Source: Lama guanicoe (Eukaryota). From it: a stretch of 64,000 bases of DNA. The DNA is taken from the NCBI GenBank assembly GCA_013239625.1, contig MU053561.1:2992283-3056282 (forward strand), read 5' to 3'. The notes beneath the pieces are model-generated. The model saw only the letters and a list, made by a program, of their open reading frames with translations. It was not told the DNA's origin and ran no database searches. How positions within the stretch are numbered: the first letter of the stretch is position 1; every line of letters begins with the position of its first letter. Below, piece after piece: positions 1 through 11,400 of this stretch. The position numbers and the translations under genes were made by a program.

Positions 1-309
1 TCAGGGCTTAATTTGTCAGTTCTCTCAGGCTTCTTAGCGGCTCCTGTGATTTTGTGTCCTTATGACTTCTTTATTTTCCCCTATGTTCTCCCTGCCCATC
101 CCCACCCTTAGCTTTTCTTCCTCCCTGCACTGGAGTCTCTCTTGTCCCCTTTCCCCCTCTTACTTCCCCACATCTCACAGGTTACTTGCCATCACACATG
201 AGAAGGGCAAACTCTTAGACTTTCCTTTCAACTTAGTTTCTCTTGGTCTTTTGATTATGAAACCCTGTCTCATTTCCCTTTGTAACATCTAAAGTTAAAA
301 ATCCCAATC

Positions 310-540
310 CAGACTGGGATTTCAAAATGTAGAATAGATAATCAAGATTATACTGTATAGTGCAGGGAAATATATATAAGATCTTGTGGTAGCTCACAGC
401 GAAAAAAAATGTGACAATGAATATATGTATGTTCATGTATAACTGAAGAATTGTGCTCTACACTGGAATTTGACACAACATTGTAAAATGACTATTACTC
501 AATAAAAAAAAATGTAAAAAAAAGTTGTTAAAAAAAAAAG
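310..540 (+). mobile_element. 5'-truncated young L1 3' end
   Basis: Near-identical to the 3' end of the full-length L1 (gactgggatttcaaaatgtagaatag...ctcaataaaaaa), with an A-rich tail. Confidence 0.9.
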
Positions 541-889
541 ACAAATAAACCCCCACCATCACCAAGCTTGGGTTTGAATTTGGGTTCTCATGTAATATTT
601 TGTAGGTTTGGGCTCATCGCTCTCTTGCTCAATCAAGCCTTCTCAATTTTCTCATGTACATGAGGAAGGGTGTGGTGCGGCGTGTGGTTCTCTGAGGACC
701 TGACATTCCGTAATTTGGGGACCACTGAGTTTGATGCCTTCCCTGTAGGTTTCAGACTTTCCAGCTAGAACAGTTTTACTTTCTCATTCCCAACATCTGC
801 TATTCCGATACATTGTAGAAATGGCATCCTGCGATATCCTGTATCGTGTCCCTGTCTTTAACAGCCGTATACCACATAGCAAGCCAAAT

Positions 890-1200
890 AAGAAACAGTA
901 GTTAAGAGTCATTCTGTCTGGGTTCAAATCCAATTTCACTACTTAATTAACAAATCACTTAACCTTTGTGTGCCTCAGTTTCCTCATCTGCAAAATAGGG
1001 TTAAAATTGACTGTCTAATTGCTTTACTGTACACCTGAAACAACATTGTAAGTCAACTCAATAAAAGATAACAATGGCAATAACAATAATAAAAACCACC
1101 TGCCTGGTACAGTTTTTAAGAGGATTCGCTGAATTCATGTTTGTAGAGCTCTTCTAACAGTTGCTAGCAGATAGTAAGTGCTATATAATGTTTGATTAAA
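890..1200 (+). mobile_element. MIR SINE, interrupted by a short L1 3' fragment near 1015-1065
   Basis: MIR core tctgggttcaaatcc...gcctcagtttcctcatctgcaaaataggg. Confidence 0.75.
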
Positions 1201-1421
1201 TAACCTGAAAATAGCAGTCAATCTAAATTCTAGGGCCCAAGTGAAAATGTGCAGAGGAATTTGTGGCTGGGAGCGAGGGGTGGGGGGGGCCATTTCATTA
1301 ACCCAATAGTTACGGTGACCATATTTTCTAAATCAAAAAACAGGTCACTTTGTCTGCAAAATATTTGAGTTCCACTTTAGGCTTCAAGCCATACAGAAAA
1401 CTATCAAAACTGGGTGTCATG

Positions 1422-1578
1422 GTGGGGAGGGCAGAGCTCCGTGGTAGAGCGCATGCTTAGCATACGTGAGGTCCTGGGTTCAATCCCCAGTACTGCCGTT
1501 AAATAAACAAATAAATAAATAAACCTAGTTACCTCAAAAAAAAAAAAAAAGCAAAAACAAAACAAAATTTAAAAAACC
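1422..1578 (+). mobile_element. Camelid tRNA-derived SINE (Vic-1-like) with TSD
   Basis: A-box-like agctccgtggtagagc, B box ggttcaatccc, A-rich tail; TSD ctgggtgtcatg at 1410-1421 and 1579-1590. Confidence 0.88.
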
Positions 1579-2504
1579 CTGGGTGTCATGACAGTGTTTT
1601 ATAAGGACGCTGCAAGAGCATTTGGAATTGGAATTGAGCACTCTACATGTAGGTATCAGGCACCCTCATATCTTTAAAAAGATCATTCAGTATCCTTTAA
1701 AGCACATAAGCCTCCAGTAGTTAAAAAATTCTGTCTGGCAATAGAATATCTATTTAGGTAATGACTGATACATCCCCACCCCGCCATCTCTCTCTGCTTT
1801 TAGACAGCAAACAGTCACTCCTTGGCGAATTCTCACACAACCAGGGTCCCCTAGAGTGAATGCCTTGATGGTGCACTCACTGCATTTGATTTCAGTGCAT
1901 TGAAAGACAAAGTGGGAAAACTCTGTTGAAAGCCTGCTCCATGTCAGCCATTGTGTAATGATTCTCAGTTTTATTCAAGCCTCGAGACAATCTTTGGGGT
2001 AGGCATTACGATTTCCATTTTACAGCTGAGGAAACCGAGTGTGGTGGGCGCTTTTGAGTGTCCCTCTGGGCCTGACTGGCTTGAAAGTCTGGGCCCTCTC
2101 CCTTCTGCTCTCTGGCATGGTAAGTGAACGTCCCTGTGGTCCCTTTTCTGACCACTCACCACTATCAGCAAAGCAACCAGCTCACTGCCGACTCATTTCC
2201 TTGGCTGCTGTTTGCTCATTCATTCATTCATTCATTCAGGGTGTGTGACCTTGAGGAAAAAACTGTTTCCTTTCTCCAGTTCTTCTTTTTCATTGGAAAC
2301 TATCATATCAGCAAATTATTTTATAGTCAGTCTTTGAAGTGCAACAGAAAAAACTTTACTAGAGGAAGGAAATGATAAACCTAGCCTCTACCCGTGTGAT
2401 GATTCCCAGATCTGTATCTTCTGTGAGCCCCAGCCCTGTGTACCCAGTAGACGACTGGACAGCTCCACTTAGATGTCTTAGAGGCTGCTTACCTTTAGCA
2501 TCCA

Positions 2505-2744
2505 TCAGCCAGCTGACAGCTGGGCAGTAGGGAGAGGAGAGATGACCATGAAGATTGAGGAAGCAGCACCTCCAGGAAGGCAGGCCCTGAATCAAGAAGG
2601 CACTTGATGTGTTTGAGGAAATAAAACAGTTCCAAATGGCTAGAATGAAGAGAGCAGTCGGGGAACGGATGGGGAATGAGGCTGGCGAGTCCAGGCAGGG
2701 GCCAGATCACAGTGTATGTGAGTGAGGGGCTGGGCAGAGTCAGG
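2505..2744 (-). repeat. Left arm of a ~240 bp inverted repeat (L2-derived), partner 4301-4543
   Basis: Reverse complement aligns by eye with 4301-4543 through long identical runs such as cagcccctcactcacatacactgtgatc and ttcttgattcagggcctgccttc. Confidence 0.9.
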
Positions 2745-3714
2745 TCTGTCCTGGTCCCTCAGCTGCCATAAACTTGCTGAATGACACTGAGCAACCGATA
2801 AGTCTCCTGGCTCCTGTTTCCTCATCTGTGAAATGGGGCCAGCAGCACTACTGCACAGGGATGTGGAGAGGATTAAAAGGGGACCCAAGAGTACGTGAAC
2901 ACATGACTGGCAGGGGGTGAGCATTCAGTAACATTTTCTTTCATTTTTCTTGGTGCCCTGTGACTTCACCTGTGAAATGGGGGTACTTTGACTCATTCTT
3001 GGAGTTTCTTCCAGCTCAAAATTACTATGTTTTTTTGTGAACTGGTCTCTCCTTTTTCCACCCATGCTTCTATCCATTGTGAGCGCCATTCCTGATGCTT
3101 CTTTCCTGTTCCTAATCCTAGGAAACATCACCTTTCCTGGGAAATATGGGAGCCATCTTTCTGCAGCCAGAGTGTGGCTGTTTAGCCCAGACTTCTTCTT
3201 TCTCCACCTCTCTCCCAACTCTCATCCGTTCATTCATTTATTCATTTACAAGACATTTCAAGGCTGCACTGTATGTGTGGATAGACTCTCACCCCTCAAG
3301 TCCTATCCCTTTTCATCCCTTTCAGGGGCTCTGGTTAAGTGGGAGAAAAAGTACATGATGAGCAAAACGACGGAAAGATGCCCGTGCCTTGAGGGCAGTC
3401 TTCCTTAACTGAGGAAGATGGGCTCTAAAAATCCTTGCAAATAGACAAATCGGGTGCACTTGCTTCTTATTTGAAATTACTGGACACAGTTGCCTACAAT
3501 TGGTCTATTTCATGTTTTTGATTTTTCCTGTGCTCTTTCAATTACCCTGATTGCTACTAGACAAAAACTTCAATCAAGTTTTAATTTGTCTGTAATGTCT
3601 TCCTTTTAACAGCTGCTCTTCTGTCTTAACAAGAGAGTCAAGTCTGGAGCGCAATGTATTCAAGCCCATTTTGGGGTATCAAGAATATCCCAATCTAGTA
3701 GTGAGAGTAAATGT

Positions 3715-3878
3715 TTAACAACCGGATTGGTGTGGAGGAGGCGGGAGGCTCTGATTGGAGGCATTTGTCAGTTTCTTTGCTGTAAATACTCCCACTGTGG
3801 TAGATGGCAAGCTCTCAACCAGACTTCACTGAATGGAGTCTGGCAGAGATGCTAACAGCTGGTTCCAACACACTACTG
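3715..3878. mobile_element. hAT-Blackjack MITE (MER63A-like)
   Basis: catttgtcagtttc..tgtaaatactcccactgtgg..gctggttccaacacactactg; a similar element lies at ~61750-61916. Confidence 0.6.
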
Positions 3879-3889
3879 CACCCAGTCCT

Positions 3890-4745
3890 TGAGTCCTGAA
3901 TCTTCATCACACCCGATTTCCTTCCGAGTCATTCTGATTTCAATTAATGGCACCTCTCAGTCAGCCGAGAAAGAGGTCTGACAGTCACCATTTATGCCTC
4001 TCATCCAATCACTAAATCCTGTTGACTTTTTTCTCAGATGTTTCTTATGTCTGTTCACCTGTCTGGCCTCACCACCAACACCCTGGTCTGGTGTCCCAGT
4101 CTGCTACTCGTTCATTGCTACTGCACTGACCTCTGTTCTGGTTTCTCTGCCTCCACCCTTGCTCCATCAGCAAGTGTCCACCCTGCAGACAAAGTCAACC
4201 TCTTGCAGCTGAAATGATGTCACGCCAGTCTTCTGTTAAGAACCTTTCTGTGGCTTTCCCTTGCCTTTTGGATGAATTCCAAACCCTAATCACATCTTAC
4301 TTGACTCCGTCCAGCCCCTCACTCACATACACTGTGATCGGGCCCCTGTCTGATTCGCCAGCCTCATTCCCCACCCATTCCCACCTTGCTCTCTTCCTTC
4401 CAGCCATTTGGAACTAACTGTTTTTATTTCCTCAAACACACCAAGCGCTTTCTTGATTCAGGGCCTGCCTTCTTGGAGGTGCTGCTTCTCTATCCGCATG
4501 GTCATCTCTCCTCCCCACCTTACCCAGCCGTCAGCTCGCTGACTCCTCTTATCTCTCAATGGTTTGTTGTCCTGTGTTGGTTTCAGCGTGATTTCCTAGG
4601 GAAGGCTGTTGACTGGGGGGCTCTCCTTGCCTGCTCAGTGTCTTCTCCTTGAGTCCTGGAGCAGTACCTGTCTTGTTTGCTGCCATATTCCCAGTGTTGC
4701 CCATAGTACCAAGCACATAGTTGGTGCACTATAAATGTTGAATCT
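3890..4745 (+). mobile_element. L2 LINE 3' fragment, containing the right arm of the inverted repeat (4301-4543)
   Basis: L2-like aattaatggcacc, ttcctcaaacacacc and terminal gcacatagttggtgcactataaatgttgaat. Confidence 0.7.
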
Positions 4746-4792
4746 GTTTCTTGGATTTTTGTGGGTCCCAATTCCCTATTAAATAGTAAACT

Positions 4793-4970
4793 CGGGCACA
4801 GTGGGTATAGCTGAGTGCTTAGCATACACGAGTTCCAGGGTTCAATCCCCAGTACCTCCATTAAAAAAATAATAATAATGAATAAGTAATGAATAAGTAA
4901 ACCTAATTGCCTCAAAACAAACAAACAAAACAAAACCCTCCCCCCCCAAAAAATATTAAAAAGAATAAAC
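4793..4970 (+). mobile_element. Vic-1-like SINE
   Basis: gggtatagct..cttagcatacacgag..ggttcaatccccagtacctccattaaaa..aaacctaattgcctc followed by an A-rich tail. Confidence 0.85.
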
Positions 4971-5163
4971 ATACAGGGTCAAACATGTTCTACTTCCTGT
5001 ATTTTTTGTCAGCAGTTTATGAGCTAGTACAAAAAGTAGCTGGTGAGTAATTTTTACCACTAAATGTAATCTTTTCCCCCCCAAAGGGGCATCTTGGAAG
5101 ATAGTTTTCTATTTTCTATAAAGTCATGTTATTCTTCCTAACCAATTTCTTTTTCCCTCCTAG

Positions 5164-5460
5164 ATTTCACCAGCTGTAACTCTCAACCAATATTTGGAGC
5201 TCTGAACGGGAACGTAACTTTACGTGCATCACCCTCTAAACCCACTATGGATATCGTATGGAAAAAAGGAAAGGATAAAGTTGTAGAACTGGATGATCAA
5301 TTTGGTGTCAAAGCCTTCCCACCTTTTGAAGGCAGAGTTCATTTAGACAATGTGTCGGGTAGCCTCAGCATCTTCAACTTAAAAGTATCAGATGAAGATG
5401 AGTATGAAATTGAGTCGCCAAGTATTAAAAATAATAGCAAGTACACCCTCAAAGTGATTG
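5164..5460 (+). CDS. CD58: CD58 exon 2: end of signal peptide plus Ig V-set (CD2-binding) domain
   Basis: Acceptor ttttccctcctag (AG 5162-5163) and donor gtgagt at 5461; 297 bp, phase 1-1; overlaps ORF 5247..5513; Cys-free V domain typical of the CD2 family. Confidence 0.96.
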
Positions 5461-8400
5461 GTGAGTATTCCATAAATTGGCTTGTTCAGACGGCAAGTTT
5501 CCAACTCTTTTAAAAGACTAGCACAAATCAGTGGTCTATGAGAGTTAAAAGAATGAGTAATCATCTGTTGTTGGGGTTTTCCTCTCTTCCTGGTACCCAG
5601 GAGCCACTTTCAATTCCCTTGTTCTCCTCTGGGTGAGGAGAGGATGTGAATGATGTAGGCAGAACAGCATAAGTTGGGCACAGCGGCTGGTAGCAGCACC
5701 ATTTGTCTTGCTGGGAATATTCTAGAAGGGGATGCAGTGGCAGCCATGAGCTCAGAACTCTTTGAACTCCATTGCTGGTTGGTGCTGTCTCAGTTGGAGT
5801 GCCTGCTTGCTCCTGAAACCCACACAAGAAGTGTTTTTTTTTTTCCTCCTCCATCACTTTAAACTGAAACTAGAGAAAGGATACAGGTTCCTCCGTGCTT
5901 CTCACTGGTGCGTCCAGCTTAGTCTCCTTCCGTCACCTCCAAACCTCTTTCCTTGTTGCAGTGATCCAGAGGCTGATGGCTACACCCCAGGGTTTCTTTA
6001 TTTTTATTTTTTCCAGTTTTATTGCAAAACAATTGGCATCCATCACTGTGTAAGTTTAAGGCATACAGCATGGTGGTTTGATTTACATGTATTGTGAAAT
6101 GATTATCACAATAGGTTCAGCTAACATCCATCTTCTCACAGAGATAACAATAAAAAAAAAGGAGAAAGAAGAAAAGAAAAGAAGGAAAAAGAAGTTTTTC
6201 CCTATGACGAGAACTCTTAGTGTCTTCACTCTTAACAACTTACCAATATGAGAAACATCTGTGTTAGCTGCGGTCCTCACACTGTACATGATAACCCTAG
6301 TGCTTATCTGTATTGAACTGGAAGTTTATACCTTTTGGACCACTTTCCTCCAAGCTCCCCTTCTCCCACCTTCTGCCTCTGGTCGTCACAAGTCTGATCT
6401 CTTTTTTCTGTGAGTTTGGCTTTTTTCTTTTTAGATTCCACCTGTGAGATCATACAGTATTTATCATTCTCAGTCTGACTTATTTCAATAAGCATAATGT
6501 TGTTCACTTAGCCTCTTTCTCGACCACTCAGCAGCTTTTGACACGCTAATTACTCCTTCCCCTTTGAAACACTGCCTTCACCTGGCATTCAGGACACCAC
6601 CCTATTCTGGCTTCCTTTTAACTCACTAACCGTCTCTTCTCAGTTTCCTTTGCTGTTTCCTGCATCCTCTTAACATTCCCCCAACTTCTTCACACTGGAG
6701 ACGCTTCCCTTCTCTGCCTGCATTCACACCCAAGTGGGTGGGCTCATCACATGTCAGGGCTTTAACTATCATCTCAGTGCTAATAATGCACAGATCTAGA
6801 GCTCTAACCCAGACCTTCACTGAGCTCCTTCTGTGCTTTCCTGTCTACTCTGTCTCCATTCAGATAGCTAACTGGCCTCTCAAATACCACATGTCCCAAA
6901 ATGAGCTCATGATCTTTCCCTTAAAACCCGTTCCTTCTGAAGTCTTCCCCCTCTTGGTTAATGGCGGCTCCATCCTTGCAGTTGCTCAGGCTAGGACCTT
7001 GATTTCGTCCTTGACACCATATTCCCTCCACCAGGAAACTGTGTTAGTTCTCCCTTCAAAATATAACCGGAACGTGACCACCTCTCATCGCTTCGTCTGG
7101 TGCTGATCCAGGACTGCTGCATTCCCCTTTGGAGGATCGTGGTAGCTTCCAAGTTGGTCTCCCAGCTCCTACCTTTGTCCCCTACGCTTTAATTTTAAAC
7201 ACAGAAGCCAGAGTGATCTTCTTAAAACAGAAATCAGATCATGTCACTCATTTGCTTAGAACTTTCTAGTGGCCCCATCTCACTCTACATTAAAGCTAAA
7301 ATCTTCACAGTGGCCTACAAGGCTGTATGAGATCTGGTCCCTGCGACGTGGCATCCCCGCCCCCTGCCTCCTTGCTGTTCTCAAATGTCCTGGTAATGCT
7401 CTTGCCTCATAGCTGCCTTCTCTGTGCTGCCACCCAGCATTCACAACTCAGCCTGTACCCATCTCTCACCTCTACTGGGTCATAGTTTCACTTATTTTAT
7501 CCTAGAAGTGGATGTAGTTCTAGGCCGACTTCCTCTACGTGAAAGGGTGCTTTAGGAAGATTCAACTGGCGGCAAAGTGCGTAAGATGGTTTCAGGAGGT
7601 GGAGCAGGACAGAGTCCAATATGGCAGTTCAAATCTGAGCTTTCCATGTCCTGTTTGAGCCACTGTATCTGATACTGGAGCAGACTAGTGCCTTGGAAGG
7701 TTAATCAAGTAGTAGGTATTTACAGTGGATTCGAGAGAGGAGGTGCCAGGTTAGAAGCTACTGTAATCATCCAGGTAGACAGGGGTGTTGGTAGCAAATG
7801 TTTGGAAAGGAAAGAATCAGAAGATAACTTCCAAGAAAGTCAGTAAGATACAGCTTTTGGTTATAAAAATATATAAAATGACTCAAGAGTCCACATTTGA
7901 ATGTCAAAGTCATTAGTCATACTTCTTCCTCTTCTTCTTTTTCTTCTTTATTTTTTTTAAGAAATGAGTAAGTCACACTTCCTTGAGGGTATGTTAAGAC
8001 TAAAGTAATAAGACTGATAATCTTCCGGAGACACCAGACCCTTTCAGAAAGGATATTTTAGACAAGGGGCTTTCCTGGCACCTCCTAAGCTTGGGGCATC
8101 TACGTCCTTCTGTATAAGTGAACATCTGGCTTTCCTCCTTCCCTGAAAGTCCCCTGAAAATTTCTACCATCAACGTTTAATGGCCCCATCCTCTTACCAC
8201 TTTTATTGTGTGGAGGATGGTAATGTTTATGGGAGTGGAACTAACTGCCCTGCCCTCACATGACCGGGGCTGGCATGTGACTTTGGATTAAAGTTTATGG
8301 AAATACGCAAATGTCATCAGATATGTATAAGAAATCCTCATTTCTTACAGGGAAGTGAGCTGACTTCATTAATTATAAATTGACTGACTTGTCTCAGGGA

Positions 8401-11400
8401 TGAGGTGGGCACATTTCTTGCCAGCTGCTGAAGGCAGACATGCACCTAATACTCGTTAGCTATGGCTGTGTTCAGTCCCGTGGGCAGTGAGAGAATATGA
8501 AGATTGCAGACGGAAAGATCTGAGGTGCAGAAGCTCTGAGCCAGATGCCACAGAAAGTTTGCCTGCTTTTCGGTGAGCAGGATAGGTACTTCCAGGGTTG
8601 CTCCCTGACGACAGTGCTGTAGCAAAACCATCGGAAAGAGCTTCTGTACAGTTCATGGGGCTCTAACAACATGGAAGATAATTCTAGTACATCCACACGT
8701 TTCCCTTCCCAGGGTGTCCACATTCCACTTGACCTTTACAATGACCTCATAAAGTCCTGCACTCCCTTTGGCAGAGGAAAGTGAGGCAAATTTATCAATG
8801 GGTTTCTCCATCCAGGCCTGGGCTGGGTGAGTTCTTAAAAGTCAAACAGCTCCTACAAAGAGCTGAGGTTTGAAATCGCCCAGCAAGCCGGGGCACGAGC
8901 TCACGCCTCCCAGCCTCTGGTCAGTGACTCTTCCTGTGATATCGGACACCCTTTGGGGAGCCTCGCCCTGCTAGCCCTGGGCTCCATTACAGTGAGCATT
9001 GTGGAGCACTTATGCTGTGCCAGGAGCTGCCTGCGAGTTCGTGCATGAATTATTATCTGTGTCAACTCATTTCATCTGCATCAGTCACATAGGTAGATCC
9101 TGTTTGTCTCCTTATTGCACAGGAGAGTTAGGCCAGGTGCAGGGCGATTCGATAACTTGCACAAGGTCAAGTGGCTCTTGGTAGAGCTGGAATATGCACC
9201 CAGGCAGTCAGGCTCCTGAGTCCATGCCCTTAGCCACCATTTCATTCCTTTTTGGAGGTGAACTGATTGAAGAGTTTACATTTTATAGAGTGGAGACAGT
9301 AATTTGAAGATTGTCTCCCAGAGTATATCCATCTGTCCGTCCATCCCTCCATATATCCAACATCGGTTCTCTTTGCTAAGGAGCCAATATGTGTCTTATA
9401 TTATGTCGGGTTCTGGGGTTAAGACGTGAATAATGCCTAATCTTGACCCTCCGAAGATGCATATCTGAGGGCCTCGTGGTGCACCTCTGTCCAGTTTAGA
9501 AAGTGTTTGATGAAACCTTAGACACGGGCTGAACTAGATCATAAATTAGAATCTGCAACAACACGCAGAGCACCCATGTCAGGGTCACGTGGGGCGGGGC
9601 ACGGGACAGGAATCTGCATTTTAACACACACCCTGGGGGATCCTTACTCGCGTGAATAGTTAAGGGGAATGTGTCCAGGGAAGCACGAAATTCGGTTTCC
9701 TGCCCCCGAGAAGTGCCCAGCCTGGCTGCAGACATAGACAGAAGTACAAGCAGTACCTAGAACAGGTTTTTCTCAGCTCTGCTGGAGACCCGTGTGGCTC
9801 CTTGGAAGTGCCTGGGGCTGCGGTGACCATGTGGTGTGCAGGGTGGGCCTGAGGGAAGAGGACTCTGGGCCCTAATTTTGAGCCCACTAGAGCAACTTCT
9901 TATCCTTCTGAAGAATATTGGTCTGTGCTTAAGATTTAATTTAGAGAAAGGTTTCTACTGCTTAAAAAAAAAAAGATTAAAAATTATTTTTTATTTCCAT
10001 TTTTTATTGTGGTAAAATATACTTAACATTGAACCTACCATTTTAACCATTTGCAAGTTTACTTGTTCTGTGGCATTAAATACATTCACGTTATTGTGCA
10101 ACCATCACCACCATCCATCTCCAAAACTTTCCATCTTCTGAACTGAAACTCTGTACCCGTCAAACACTAACTTCCCATTACCCTGTCCCCCCGTTCCCTG
10201 GCAACCACCGTTCTATTGTCTGTCTCCAAGAACTGGAATGCTCTAAGAACCCTGTATCAGTGGAATCATACAAGACTTGTCCTTTTGTGATTGGCTTATT
10301 TCACTTGGTATGATGTCTTCAAGGTTCGTCCACATTGTAGCACGTGTCTGAATGTCCTCTCTTTGAAGGCCAAGTACAAATGTGATTTTGAATTATCACT
10401 GATTAGGATTATCTGTGGTTTTCCAGGAGCCCATGGGTTTCTGAAGTGATTATTAGAAGAGGCTGCAACTTGCTACTTGAGCACTGGGTTCAGCTGTCAT
10501 TTCTGCTCAGGACTTGTTCTTGGCCAAATCATGAAGCATGGCTCTTGGGTCTTCCAAGCGTCCCCTCACCTTCTTTATCCCTTTTCTCTTGAACACGAGT
10601 CTTAGTGGTGCTTGTCATGACTCACCACTTGTCACCCTGCTTACTGATAGCAGGTGGTCTGCAGTGAATATGCTCTTGTGTGTGTGTGTGTGTGTGTGTC
10701 TAAGAGTTCCTTTAACAAAGAAAAAACTTTAAGGTCTCACATAACAAATTATGTGAGCTAGATTAAACCTCAAACTGAGGAAGCCCTAAGCAGAAAGAGA
10801 AGTCATGTGCGGCTCAGGTTTCTAACAAGGCAGGCTGGGGTGTTACTTCACTGAGTGAGAAAAAATTCAAGTTCCTGCTGAATAGCACAGGGAACTATGT
10901 TCAATATCTTGTAATAACCTTTAATGAAAAAAATATGAAAATGAATATATGTATGTATGTGCATGGCTGGGACATTGTGCTGTGCACCAGAAATTGACAC
11001 ATTATAACTGACTGTACTTCAATTAAAAAAAAAGAATTTGGAGGACAAAATAGAGGCAAATTGAGTTGAACACCTATATTTTTTAGGTTATTCATTGGAG
11101 CTTAAGTGTTCCTTTGTCTGAGAAAATAAATGTCATTTTAAATGACAGCATAGTATCCCATCATCTTGATGAACTTTAATTTGCTTTTTAGTAGATGTTT
11201 ACACTGTATTGAACTTTTATTATCCAAACACTGCCATGACAATTTTTTGTATATTTCGTATATTTCTACGTTTTCGCAGATCTCTTATGATAAGCTTTTG
11301 GCGGAAAGGAGAGATGTGAGAAGGTCTATGAATTAATAAGTAAACCAGTGACTAATGGGATGAGCTAATTAGCATGGAGGTTTTAGAGGCCACAGTGGCG

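Noticed and set aside
296..323. Small hairpin aaatcccaatc / gactgggattt at the 5' junction of a truncated L1
   Set aside because: Too short (~11 bp) to separate a twin-priming inversion from chance, and no clear TSD.
1422..1500. tRNA gene suggested by A and B boxes
   Set aside because: It is the head of a tRNA-derived SINE with an A tail and TSD, present six times in the window.
1..5163. CD58 exon 1 and promoter
   Set aside because: No CpG island or signal-peptide exon with a phase-1 donor is visible, so exon 1 presumably lies upstream of the window.
1..5163. Intronic miR-548-type hairpin as in human CD58 intron 1
   Set aside because: No MADE1-type palindrome seen, that family is primate-specific, and only the 3' part of the intron is in view.
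7960..8450. Possible old LTR in intron 2
   Set aside because: LTR-like appearance, but I could not fix termini, TSD or family without a database.
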